Part shown: positions 13,301-27,083 of the stretch, in pieces
How the letters are laid out: every line of letters begins with the position of its first letter
How positions within the stretch are numbered: position 1 is the stretch's first letter
NCBI GenBank assembly: GCA_040954595.2
Contig: CM082585.2
Location: forward strand, 12,528,127 to 12,592,126
Origin: Balanoglossus misakiensis
Lineage: Eukaryota > Animalia > Hemichordata
Reading direction: 5' to 3'
DNA length: 64,000 bases
The notes under the pieces: generated by a model
Told to the model about the DNA's origin: nothing
The model's database searches: none
Seen by the model: the letters and a program-made list of their open reading frames with translations, nothing else
Program-made: the position numbers and the translations under genes

Positions 13301-15767
13301 TGGTGTATCAAACTGTGTGGTTGCTTTGACATAGTGCTTGCTATAATCATTAGAAGCAGGAAAAACAAAATTGGAATAAACTATTTAAAATGTTTATCCA
13401 AACAAATTCAGACAGGAAGGGCATACTCTAAAAAAGAATTATTTTATTCACAACACTGTATTGAAAAATGCAACCAGTAGAATCATACATGATCATCTGT
13501 TTCATAAAATCAACCTACAGAGTTTTGAGTACATTTTGTAGAAATGTATTTACCACTCTGTTATCAGTTATCAGTATCATAACTGTTCCTAAATATAGAA
13601 ATTTGTTATACAATATAAAATAAAACCATAACATTAAAACTGTTTAAGTCTATATCACCAAAATATATGTGGAAATGTACATTAACCTCACATCTGTTTA
13701 AGTAACACTAAATTTTGTCTAAACAATACAATGAGCACAGTCACCTGGGTTGATCATGACGTGTCTTTGGTTTCAAAGTGTCTTTGCAACATTGTCCACC
13801 AATGGCATAATTAGATGTTATTTATTTCCATGCAATCATGATCAATTACACCTGTCTCAGGCAATTGTATCAGTACATGTAGGAATGTTAGTTCATTTGC
13901 ATATTTAATATTCTGTTCTTCTCAACAATACTATACGATCTTTCTCATAAAACTATAAATCTTTGTCATCAACGTTCAGGCATACATTGTTTATCAAGAC
14001 ACATGGATCACATACTGTAGATGTATTGTACATGTAAAAATGGACATGCTTTAGAAATGTTATTATTGCTTAATATTTAACAGGAATGTTTTGATTTTAA
14101 TTTCTTCATTGTTCAACTGAAAGACATTATATCATCTCTTAAATATCAGTGGAGTAAAATGACTCACAACAAATAGCAAATCTCTACATACTAAGTAGCC
14201 CAATATCTGTGATGTACCGTAGATAATAGCTGGAATCCAAAAATAACTTGGGTATCTCCATAGCAACCCAGAAATATTATACAATGAAGCAGTTGCATAG
14301 GAATTCAAATTACCAAACAGGTACAGACCTCACTGAGCAGAAGCATAACATAATCATATCCCACCACAATTTTCACAAATGTTCATGATAATTGATACAC
14401 AACTGGGCTAATACTGAACTAACAGTATATATATATACAATGTTAAGTCAGACTGAAAAGAAAATTCCTTAATTTCTATTTACTTAATACATTTTATATA
14501 AAACAAACTTATCTTCAGGTTATTTTTACATGACATATATTTCATTGAAGTACATCATGTTCAAACTGTAAAATCACAGTGATTTTTCCCTGTGAATTAA
14601 ATTGAAAGCAAAAAAAGAACTCGGCTGAAAAATCTGGTGAAAATTCTCATTTGTCAGTAACAGGGTAGATCATTTTAAAGATAATGATTAACGCATGACT
14701 ACAATACAAACGACAATTTGATTATGTAAATAATGAACTGACTACCAAACTATTTATATATAATACAAGACCCTGGAATATTCAGCATACAATTTCATCT
14801 AATCCATTAAAATACATAAATGTTTAACATATTGTGGAATTTATCCAAACCAGAATATTGGTGTAAAGCTTCATCTGAACCATGAGATTTCATCAACCCA
14901 TGCGTGCCACCAATTACACAAACAGAAATAAACGCTTAAAGAATTACTGGATGATGATAAAATGACACGTTGGAGACATGCATAGTATCAAATCAATCAG
15001 TATGCATGGATGGATTGTGAAAAACAATGCTGAATTCTATGCAATATTGCAAATTACTCTATCAAAAATAAACTGTACAGTTTGTGATTGCTCAAAGCAA
15101 AAAGGTAAATATAGCCATATCACCATGATTGTTTACCCAGCGATTAATTAGTACAGACAATTAGAAGAGTCAGTCAAAAACATTTTGACATAATTCAACT
15201 TGCAGTTTACACTGAAAATCATTGGAAAATCTTAGTGGAGAACCTGTAATTCTTACAGCATCATACCAGACATTTCTTGCCATGTGTTCATTTTCTTATT
15301 TACATATTGGTAAACAATGTCCAAATCATATTGATCAAAAGTTACAGAAATCGGGACAAAGCCATTATCTTGACATCATTTTTGATTAATCTTGCTTTTG
15401 TAGCTAATACTAATTCAAATCTGGTGAACATGGACTGTGAGTGTTTGCTTAACCATTGCACACGTAACATCACATCCTTATTTTTGGTGTGTACTAACAA
15501 TGAAATATCGATGTCCATGATTATTTTCATGTCAGTTCAATACGTTTCAGTGCAACATCTATCTTCAAATTTAAAAACAAAATAACCATGTTTACGGCCA
15601 CCAGGAGTATATCCAAAATATTGACTTTGTCCCTAACTTATAGACAATCAAGAAACCCACTATGTAAGTTTGAAGGTCCTTGGAAAGGAAATATTGATAC
15701 ATGCATATGATTGATTATACCCGACTGTAATATGTTTTGCTTGGAGAAGTTTGTTTAAGCTCATGGT

Positions 15768-15904
15768 TCATGGATTATTTGCATCACATATCTGCCCTTT
15801 GTATGTCACATAGGTCTGGAATTCTGCCTTCCAATCACCCATGTATTTGGTGCTCCATTGATGAAATTCTTCTTTCCACCGTTTCTCCGCTTCTTCAATG
15901 TCAG
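15768..15904 (-). CDS. T-peptide (WAT tetramerisation domain) exon of cholinesterase copy A
   Basis: Acceptor ttttttag at 15905-15912; aromatic-rich helix W..EF..W...M..WK.EF..Y followed by a C-terminal Cys; not in the ORF track. Confidence 0.9.
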
Positions 15905-18900
15905 CTAAAAAATAAACAACAACATTTAAATGGAATTTACACCCTGGGCACTTAAAGGGACACTATCTGTAACTGTTTACATGTTTTCCATCTTTTTTTT
16001 TGAAATGGTCATAGACAGCGTATAACCACTGACCCTTGCAAAATGTCTTGGTTTTACAATGCCGTACTGCACGTATGCATTATACATTCATTTGTTTTTG
16101 AACACCATTTAAGTGCCTTGGGATGTTGGGAATAGCCATTTGCCAAATCAACTCTATAGAACAGAATTTGTCCTCTCTTGAGTTGGCTCTCTTCATTAAT
16201 TATTATGTAACTTGCCCTATGGCAATGGATCATTCCAGAGTTCCTGTTCTCTGCCAGATTATAAATATTCTCAATATATATATATATAAGAGATTAGAAA
16301 ATTGGCTCACTTCACGATGAAAACACATCAGCCAATATTTTTCAGAGGTATTATAAGATTGACAGATCAACAACGATTTCTACAGTCAAAAATGTGTGTT
16401 TTTATCGTGATCTTGGTATATATCTGGATAGCAAATGTTTCTGTGTACGATTATGTGTTTATTGGCAATGTGCCTCCAAACACAGCCTGATTGGCAGCCA
16501 ATGGGGAGATTTCAGGAGAGGTTGGATGTGTTATTATGACAATTAACAAACTACATGTACAACATTATAAGAAGAAATACTTTCCATAGGTCATCTTACC
16601 TGTTTGAATATTTAAATTAGGCAGGTAGTGATCCCAGAACGCACAGTGATTGGTCCGTGCTCCTCGTTCTATTTGTGGAGAATGGAGAAAATCAGTATGG
16701 AGTGTCAAATGATGCTGCCCGGCTTCGGTGAACACTGGCCAGTTACCATGGTTTTCAGGGTGTCTGCAAATCAATAAACATCAGTAGAACAGAATGTAAT
16801 ATGTCATTGACATCTTAACTATCCTAGGTTTCATTTTGTGATTTATAAAAATTCAGAATTTAGAAATAATCAGACGTGATTGTTTTCTTTAAGTATTCTG
16901 CATCCCGTGTTTTCCACGAGTTACTGAACTCTGAGCAGATGTAATCATGTGATTTGAGACAGCCTTACATTGCTAACAAGGACAGATCATGACAGCATAC
17001 ATGAATTGACTGCTAATAGCTTATCATCATTCAGAACACAGCAATCTAGTCACCTAACTCACCCATCCAATTAACAGTCATTCAACTCAAGGCCACCAAA
17101 AGGATTGAGAAAGTGTTTCCATGGTGCATTGCATGATCATCATATTGGATCACCTTGTAGAAATTAAAAATTGAACAATTCTGTATTTTGAGTCTCTTCT
17201 GATATTCAGAACACCAAAGAAAACGAAAGGAAACATAAATCTACAATGCAATCACTTCATGTAAAAAAGGTTAATTTTTCAGGTTAATTTACAATTTATT
17301 TTTTCAAGTTACCCAGCACAGCTTACTCTTTCACACCATGCTTGGTTGATGTATGACATACAAGTGCAAAATTAACACACCTATACTCAGAATTTGTTTG
17401 GTGTAAACCCAAGCAAGTACTTCAATAAACTGTAGATTTTAAAGGTTTTAATTTCATCTGTAGTTTCAATGCTATATTTCTCATATAGTTAGTGCAGAGA
17501 ATAGTAGCCACTGTTTTTCAAGTATTGGTCGTTTGGTTTCAAATCCATACATTTGCTCAGAGACAAATGTGTAATTACTTCGAAAGATGTTTTTCCACCT
17601 GAGGCAAATTTCAGGACATTTCTGAATGATTTCTTCTAAGTGGTATCTATCTTCGAACACAATTAATCACCTTTGATCAGAAGATCTTAAAAGCTGTGTT
17701 CAAATGGAGGATATATCATTACATGCATAGTTGTATTCAGAATTTGGTTATTTTCTATGTTCAAACAATGTGGTTATGTTGCAAAGGTAGAAAATATGAT
17801 GGATTTATATAATTCACACATCCATCTACTTAAATTCTTGAATTATAAGTTTTAATATTTTTTTAAATGTTCTCATGTATATGGACTGCAATGTACAGGG
17901 AATACATGTGCATGTATTTTAGTTCCCAGAGTGATAAAAAGCACACTTGGTATGCAATTATGCAAATCAATTCTTGCTACCTGATATAGTTATAAAAATA
18001 ACTGGGATTTCAACCAGAATTTCAAGGTTGCCAATATTTACAGAAGCAAATGGAGATGCAGAATACATATGAAAATATCATTGTTCAAACTCTTATGACT
18101 GTGACTGGTCAACATTTTACCTATAATGCAATTGAGTAAATTGTGATTTGGCCTGCTGCAACCCCAACATGATAAAAAGGGGGTAAAGTTGGCATGCATA
18201 TCAAGCGACTTCCGGAAGCACATTCATGTCCGGATTGGAGATGGAAGTAAATCACTTTTCTCTTTGTCTATCTTTGACCTTCCAGGTCACGTGATTGATG
18301 TCGAGCCACCAAAAAGTTTGGGGTTAATTCCACGGATTAATTTGCAGCCTGAAGCATTACAAGGTATGATCTAAGTAAAGCGTTTCCTGTTCATTAAAAA
18401 GTAAACAGTCAACTGTCCCTGTTACAGAGACTGCCCATGTTATTTTATGAGATGTGGTAAAAATTCAAACTTATAATACAAAAAAAAAACGAAACTTACC
18501 CAGTTTTGGCAAAGGTGACCCAATATTTCATTATCTGGCGACTAAGTTGCTGCTCTTCTGGTGAATATCCAGTGGAAGTGTTTAGAGGAATACCAAAGAC
18601 GTATGCAATTTCGTCACCATGGAGACAACCCATCCATTGTGGCCAAGGAGTATTTGAAGAGACTTGTTTGAAGAAATATTTGTAAACCGTTTGTGAAGCT
18701 TGTGCATAGGCCTTGGCAAAGTTATTTGATGGACATATGATATTGTAATCACCAACCATGGCATCTACAGCATCGCGTAACATGGCCGGGTCATTTGCGT
18801 CCAACCAATCAGTGTACTGAAATGCGATTGCGTCGTACCCAAATTGGTTAAAGTTGGGAAAACTTTCTATTATGGCTGATCGATAACGTTCTTCGCTCAG

Positions 18901-19998
18901 TAAACTAGCATTGCCAGTGGCATTCATACCAGCTGTGCCATACACAAGGAAAAAGAACCCTTCGTTTAAGTTGTTACCAATAAGAATAGAAGTATTCTTG
19001 AAAGAATGTCTTTCCAGAGATGTTTGTGGCGGTTCAACCAAGAAAGTGCCGTCAACAACAGGTACAAACGGGAAAATATAAGGGCCGTAGTCTACCCATT
19101 GATTTGCTACAAGTACTTCTGGATCAGTTTCACGTAGACACGAGACCATCGTAGCAGTACTAAAAGTACTACATCCCACAGCTTCGGCCAGTCTTGTGGT
19201 TCGATCGATGGCTAACTCATGTGTTATAAAACCCCACGGATTGTTAGGAGTTCCACTTTGTAAAGCTGCATACTGGAAGAGATTTCGGCTTAGTGGTGAA
19301 ACCAGATGATACCCCACGCTATTGCTCCCTGCACTTTCACCAAATATCGTAACTTGGTTAGGGTCACCTCCAAAATACTGTATATTGTTCTGGACCCACT
19401 GTAGTGCGAGTACTTGATCCAATAATCCCACATTCCCTGGGGTATCGCTCTGTCCGGAATAGAGAAAGCCCAATGGACCTAAACGATAGTTTAAAGACAC
19501 CACAATGACGTCTTCCATCGCTGCAAGGTATTTACCATCGTAAACACTTAACCCAGACGTACCACTGTAAAAGCCGCCGCCATAGATCCAAACCATAACT
19601 ACAGCATTTGCTGGACGTGGCGATGGCGTCCAAATGTTTAAATTCAAGCAATCTTCACTGAGTGGTTGCTTGGAATTCCACATCATCGAACCCGAAAAAT
19701 CACCGTAATACTCATCAATCCAGCCGTAACAAGCGTTGCCATATTCAACGGTATCTAGGATACCATCCCACCTGTCAACGGGAACCGCAGGTCTAAATCT
19801 CATCTCGCCTACCGGTGCTTTCGCGAAGGGTATCCCAAGAAATGTTTCCACCTGCCTGTCAATTGCCGTCACATGTTTACCTCTAACGACACTACCATCA
19901 TTCAGTGTCACCGTCAAGTCTTCTAGTGTCTGGCTGTGCACCATATTGGCGAAAACAAGGCAACTGGAACACCACACCAAGATTGCTTTAAACGCCAT
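15768..19998 (-). CDS. ACHE: Acetylcholinesterase/cholinesterase, copy A (~599 aa, T-type C-terminus)
   Basis: Exons 19998-18500, 16763-16600 and 15904-15768 are GT-AG with matching phases (1800 nt in total). Signal peptide; choline-site W (GSMMWN); oxyanion hole YGGGFYSG; catalytic triad FGESAG / NLNEG / LHGDEI; SEDCLNLN. The last exon, ADIEEAEKRWKEEFHQWSTKYMGDWKAEFQTYVTYKGQICDANNP*, is a WAT/T peptide. Confidence 0.93.
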
Positions 19999-22900
19999 GG
20001 TGAATCTAGGAAATTCAATAAAAACAGTTGACCGGATTTAATCTACTTTACTAGGCAGCAAAAGGCAAGTTACTAGTCATGAATTATTCATGGCTCCAGG
20101 CCACTAAATTTCAACTCATCAATATTCCAGTCACATTTATCAATATACATTAAGAGCAAACTTAGCAAAATACCTGCATTCCCCTGATTTTTCTCACGCA
20201 ACAATTAAGCGTAATAATGCAGATATTCACCAGTCCACGCAACCATACACCACACTCCTATACCACCCAAGTTTACAGTCGCTGTGCGTTCTCAGCTGCG
20301 CATGCACAAAGAAGCCTGGGATTGGAATACATGGCTATGCTGAGATGTATAATTGATTGCCTTGTGGTAAAATCAATGACGGATAGTCAACATTATAAAA
20401 CTGTCGCCAAATACTTTACTGAAATAAGATCTCATACTGACTAGTAAGAAATCGAACGCAAATATGATCATGAAATGGACACCAAATGATATTGACATCA
20501 TGGGATATAAACTTTGCTCTCCGAGTGTAAAATTTTACAGCATAGGTCTATCTGTCTTCTCGAGTAGTACAAGATTTAACCAAATATACAGGGTGGTCAG
20601 TTTTTATTTGTTATTGCTGTCATCGTACGATTACAACTACCATATTGTCAAACAGACTGTAGAAATGGCTTGTTTTGGCAGGCGTTTTTTTTTTTTTGCC
20701 AGTGAAACGAAGAGATCAAGTGCGAAGTATCTAGTTGGTTTTGCCGACTAGAAATATTCATGTCATAAGAAGCGAATATGCCATCTTAAAGCTGGGATAT
20801 AACCGTCTATACTGATAAGCTACAGACAATATACCCATTCAATTTCTGGAAAAACCATTGTCAGTAGGCCTACAGTAGAACATTGTCAATGACACCCTGA
20901 CCATAAACGTTCTTACAGTAACTATGCGACTTTGTCAACTTCAACTGGGTCTGTTCTTCCAAGTTCTGAAGGGCACTACTTTGGGGTGGGGCACCGTGCA
21001 TGAACTTTGCCTCCAATGGTCGGTTTGTAGGATACTAACACTACACTGTGTCATTCACGTGGAGTTTCCCCAGGTTTTCGAATCCACCCGTATATTGGCT
21101 TTTCAACAAATAGCGATGCATGCCCTGTTTACTAAGAAGCAGTAAACTAGATTACATTCATCGTACAATACAATGTGTCGATCAGGACTCTGTTACTCAA
21201 ACAGTATTTGACAGGTTCTCTCAAAACCGGTGTTACCCGCAGTGTGCAAGCAAGCAAACCAAATAAACTATCTTTTACCTGTTTTCGAAGTAAGCCAAGT
21301 CTTCCAGGAGACAGTATAACAACAGGCTTTCCTCGGCTTACAGTTGTACAGCTACAACCAAGGCTTACCTGGAAGAAACCAGGGGATTACAAAATGTTCA
21401 CTTCACTGAGTCCTTGTCATACCTTTTTTCTCACAGCCCATACATTTGTTGGCTATTGATATGCAAAATGCAGCGTCAGATAAATAGTCTGTACATTATA
21501 CCTTCAAACAAACGTGGGGATTTGAATGGCTTTGATGGAACACAATCCCCCTGTTACGTCCACACTCTGCCTCTAGAGGGACTGCATGCCGATCGAACTA
21601 TAATAATAAAAGGTTGACACCACACTTAAATGTCAAATTTTTACGTCACCAGCTAAACTCAGATTTAAAGCACACTTTCCTCACAGTGAGGAAGACCCTA
21701 CCATTATCATCAATGTTTATTACACTGATGGCTATAACTAAATCATCTGTGGCTTTTTAAGCTATATAGGAAATTGATTACTGGTGAATGATATTATGGT
21801 CTTCATCCACAAAGGTTGACACGTTTCTTAGATTTCAAGTTAGTTACAGTCTGCCAAATATTCCCACGCATGATTACCTCATTAAAAGTGCCTCATTTTT
21901 TTTACAGTTTTCGAGTCAAATCTTGCTTTCTTGGATTCTTGAATTTATTGTTATGTTGCAAAAGTGATTATCAGGTCGAACAAGATTTTGAAACAACCAG
22001 CAACAATTTAAGCCAAACATTCATTGGGTTTTCCAAAACACAAATAGGTCAATAATGATTTATAGTTTTTAAGAGTTGAAAATTACATTGCAAAGTAGGC
22101 CCTCTTGCGGTAAACCCGGCATACGCATGAAATTACATTGCCCTGTATCGAGAAACCAGCCACTATCACTTTAAATACTGCGAGGTTGATCTCAACTTAT
22201 CACAAACAAAAGTCTTTATACCAATCCTTTGCTTCTCATATATGTTGTACAATTAATTTCAAAGCACACCACAGCTAAGCTTTGAAGACCGACCTTTCCA
22301 TCGTCTGAATGCATTTTGATTTGTCAAAGAAAAGTAACAATTGCATCTGGATACAAGCGGTGATCTCTTCACATGTTGTACACAAAACTAAACATCTTGG
22401 TGTCGGAGAGAAATGAAGGAATGTTGTCGGACAAAATACCACACCAATTGCTAAGCGTAACTGCACAGTATGTCAAGACGTTGTTATTTCGCAGCACTTG
22501 TGACCTTGACTTGAAAATATTCCCTGTGCCAGATTAAAATATGGGAATTCAATGTCATAATCAACGATCACCATCTTCCCTATTCCCATCTCTCATCAGA
22601 CATGATTGTAGTTATGCAATCAGCAACTGAATCATTAGTGGTGTTTACCAACTGTAAACCGTTAATGGGATTATCGGCAATACAAATCAAAAACGTGTTC
22701 AAGTCATTATTGTTATGGTACTTGCTGCTGTGATAAAGAAATTCAACAATTAACCACCAGCAGTGAGCCAAGATTTACAGGAAGATAGTGCTTGCTCAGT
22801 CAGGGACATTGAACAGACAACCTGCTGTTTTTGCCTGAAAAGACGTCGGTTAAGGACATTGCTTCAGGGAATGTGGTCTTTCAATTAGCTCCCATGTTCA

Positions 22901-25900
22901 TACACAGACCATAGTCTCTCCCTTCACTCCCGTGTTGAGAAGGATGTTTTCACAGTACACTAAAGCATAGTGTATGAATAACATATTAACTACTTTTTTT
23001 CAGTAACAACTAACCCAATCACTTCCACACACGTATGAAGTGCCCCTCAAAACATGAAAACCATTTCCCAGCAACAGACTGGTCAGCTTTGGGTGGAAAC
23101 TCAAATAAATTCCCCTAACAAATTTTCCTTTTTATGCTCATAGGAAGACTGTTTTGTCTTTTCTGACGGCATGACATTTGAAAAGAAGCCAGAACGTCTC
23201 CACAGCACAGTTGGAGGTAAGCAGTCTGTTATTTTGGATTTTGTATCCTTTCTGAACATAAACATATTTGAATCTGAAGTTAGGTCATCAACGTGGCACC
23301 ACCGTTTGTTTCCTTGGCAACCCCACTATTTTCATATTGAACTGAAATGGAGGAAAAAGCATGTACTTTGAAGTTGTTATACAATATACGTAGTTTTCAT
23401 CTGGTGACGATTGCTATAGCAACCACCATTTTATTCAAGGAGACCTCACGAGCAATAACGAATGTCAGTACGAGACCAACTTCTACCAGGACCGCCTGAC
23501 TTTTGACATCTGTAGATTCATGCGGTACAATCACTGATAACTTGTAGTTGCTCAAACTGTACGAATTCTCATCGTTTAAAACGCGCAAGTATTCTTATAA
23601 TTTAGAATAGGTGTCGTATAATATTTGTGGTATCTGTAATACTCTAGACATGCGCGCACATTATAGTGAATATTGTCAACATCGCTTTGGTAGATTCTAT
23701 ACGTTTTCATGTAAATAATATATCATTGAAGCGTCTAGCTTAACTACAATGGTACTTAGTGTACAATTTATCCTGCTAGAGAATCAATTTCAGATCCATT
23801 AATCATCATTGTCCAGTCTCCCCAACGTCAATATTACTTTAAGTTTCCATGAACCTGATTCTTCGCTAAGTGGCTTAACATATCGAACGACCTGCAGACA
23901 ACAGCACATTACGAAATTGGCGATTGCTGTTTATGCCATGGTACAACATCGTTGTCTCTCTCTGTAAGATTGTAATACAGAGATTTTGGCTACAATTTCT
24001 GACTAATCTCACTTGTGTACATGTACTTGTCTCACAGACAGAATAGCACAACCACGTATCTTGCTAGAATACATGTTTATTCTTTACCCCCCGTATATTT
24101 AACCTCCTACCTGTCAATTTAGCCATAATTAATCAATTACTATGTAGTCATGGGAGCGATCAAAGAATTAATGGTAATCCCATTAGAATGATAGTGGTAG
24201 CCAATGTTCAGTAAAATGGCATGGTCACCTAGGAAACAATACGTGGAATGTACCAACATCAATTCAGTTTGTGTTATGGTACATGTGGTCCATTTTTTAC
24301 ACCACATAAGTTTTCTTTTTGTGTAAGTGGCAGTCCCAGTGGGAAAGGGCATCCATGTTTGTTCTGCAAATTTTAAGATATCCCTCAACTCGAGTCGATA
24401 TTTATAATGGTCGAATCACTCTTTCTAGTTATCACAAAATCAAAATCGTGCTATTTTAAGTCACTCCATGACACCCAGGAGTAGCATTGTGTGAGATATT
24501 CTTGAAATTGGAAATATGTGAGTTTATGCTAAAAATAACCTAGGTCATGTATCGAATCTCCCAAGCATGTAGCTCAAACACAAGTAGGCCTAATGATCTC
24601 ATATCGATAATCTCAGTCGACATAGAGATAACAAACTCACGGCTACATCCTAGAGCCCTGGTTCTGCCGTTTGTATGCAGTAATTCCTTCAATGTTAGTC
24701 TTCTGTAAATGAGAAGTGACTATATATTTTTAATCGTCATATAGACAATGAACACTATTAGATAACATACTTGTTACATAGAAACTGGTTTATTGCTGGT
24801 AACACAGTGTACGTAGTATCATAATTTCACAAGCACGCATCTGATTTTTCATGACATTGTGTTCCAAACCACAGTCTTGTTGAAGGTGAGAAATGTTATC
24901 AATATGCAAACAATTCTGCATCATGAAAATCTACAGTTGAAGAGACGAAGTAGCTAGGACCACACAATATAATGTTTGTACTGTTAGAAAATATGAAATA
25001 GTTTCATGACAGTACACTGACAATACACACCTAGAGAGATATAATAATTATTTAATGCAACAGTCGTGTTGAATATTTTGAATATTGTAAAATTTGTCAA
25101 ATTTACATTACATTTTGATTACATCACATGTTGATTTCATTAATTAAATATAATCGAAGATAGGGACAGTTTGCTCCATTAACACTTAACGAAATGTTTT
25201 GAGTCCACTTTTTGTCAGAACAAGTGCCTCCTGGCCTGCATTAATATGTCAACAAATTAATTACTAGTAGTATCACGTTATTAGGTAACATCACCCTTAG
25301 ACATGAACCACAACATTAATGACGGGAACGTGACAAGACCCACAGCTGCAGCAAGTGCCAAATACAAGAGACTAAAAATTTCAAGAATAATCATTGACAA
25401 TTCTTATATTCTTAAAATAAACAATTGACACTTAAGTATGAGCTACCCATGCATGGTCGTGTTACTCATGATGTACCGGTAGTTACATGTATGTACTTGA
25501 TTTCAAACAAAATGACGACGTTTTTCCCAAACACATTTAAATCTGGAAGAATCAGATCAGTCCTCATTTCTTCTGTTTATATATATCGAAGAGTGCAACA
25601 TTTTTGATGGAGTATGACATTTCATGATCTCTTTAGGGATTGGACATCATATGTTTGAGAGTTGAACATGACATAACTTGATTGGTAAATTCTGTTTAAA
25701 TTTCTATGTAATGAGACAATGCTTTCTTTGATTGAGATCTGTTTTACTTGATCTTCGGTCAGCCAAGAACTTGCAATCAGAAAACATGTACTACATACCG
25801 AAAGTATAAAATCTTGATTACTTCAAAATGCAAACGTTGTTGCTAATGTTTCACTACACTTATTCAATTCAATCCAAAAAAAGTTGGCAAATGTAAAACG

Positions 25901-26937
25901 AACTTTATCGATATAACACGAAAAACAGAAAACAACAGTAGGAACGTATTAAACTGTACTGGACATTTCCAATATACATTTATGGGGTGGATGGGGAACA
26001 CATTTTGTAGATAGGATTGACAAAATTATTTATACAAATCATCTCACGTACTATGCTTTAAATGCAACAGAAATAAATATGAACTTGTTACTCTTTCTGT
26101 CACATTCTCTATAGCCAGCTCACCTCAAAGTACAGTGAACATGACCAGAAGCATTCCTTCTATGACATTATACACTACTCCCTCTCTTTCGCTCATTGGT
26201 GTTGTGTATCCCTAGCTTCTCCACAACAATCTAGGTTTTGTGACGCGCATACGTTGTCGTGTTAACATGAAAAAAACGAGATAGAAAGTCACGGTTTTGA
26301 ACTCTAAACGACAGTATAAACCATGCAAAAACATACAAAATTATTGACGGAAGTGATGAAATCTTTCTTTACAAAAAACACCAATTCAATCATTTGTATA
26401 AAAGAGATGTAGAAACAATGGTCTTGAAAAGAGATGTCAAATCAAATACATGTACATTTGTTTTCAGTTTTTCGTCAGCACAGTTGCATGGTTCTCTGTG
26501 CAACACAACCAGTAAAGCATGAACATTCTTTCTGAGTATTTTCTATAATGTCGCCGATTCCCCTGCTGTAAATGGACCAATGTCCGACAATTAATACTGA
26601 TTTACTACATATATCAATGAACCACACATCACCTTAATAACTTACTTTCTTAACATTATTCCAAAATGCAATTGCAAGACTACTGTGGCAGGGTCATTAT
26701 TCATTGTCACAAATACTGATGTAGTGATGATTTAACGATATATTACACATCAGTGAGTCTCACCAAACTTATAAATTTCTATACGCGTGACGTCACAGAG
26801 GTCACTTCACACTTATCGTGATGTCACCAAGGTCATTACACAGAATGTACAATCGCCTTAAACATCCATTTATTCACTCATATATGTACAATTACTTTTT
26901 TGTACAATTTGGCACTCGTGTATAAAATAAATAGCTA

Positions 26938-27083
26938 TCACGGTGTATCATTAATGTCTAAGCTACAATCTTGGCCTTTATTGGTGACATAATGGTTAAA
27001 TTCTGCCTTCCAGTCTACCATATACTTGGTACTCCATCGATGGAATTCCTCTTTCCATTCTCGTTCAGCTTCGTTGATGTCCG
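26938..27083 (-). CDS. T-peptide (WAT) exon of cholinesterase copy B
   Basis: Acceptor ttttcag at 27084-27090; same phase and same aromatic pattern as copy A. Confidence 0.9.

Noticed and set aside
16565-16599. Read-through tail GKMTYGKYFFL* as an AChE-R or GPI (H) variant
   Set aside because: There is a strong donor and a downstream T exon. No hydrophobic GPI signal exon was seen, and a short read-through is expected by chance.
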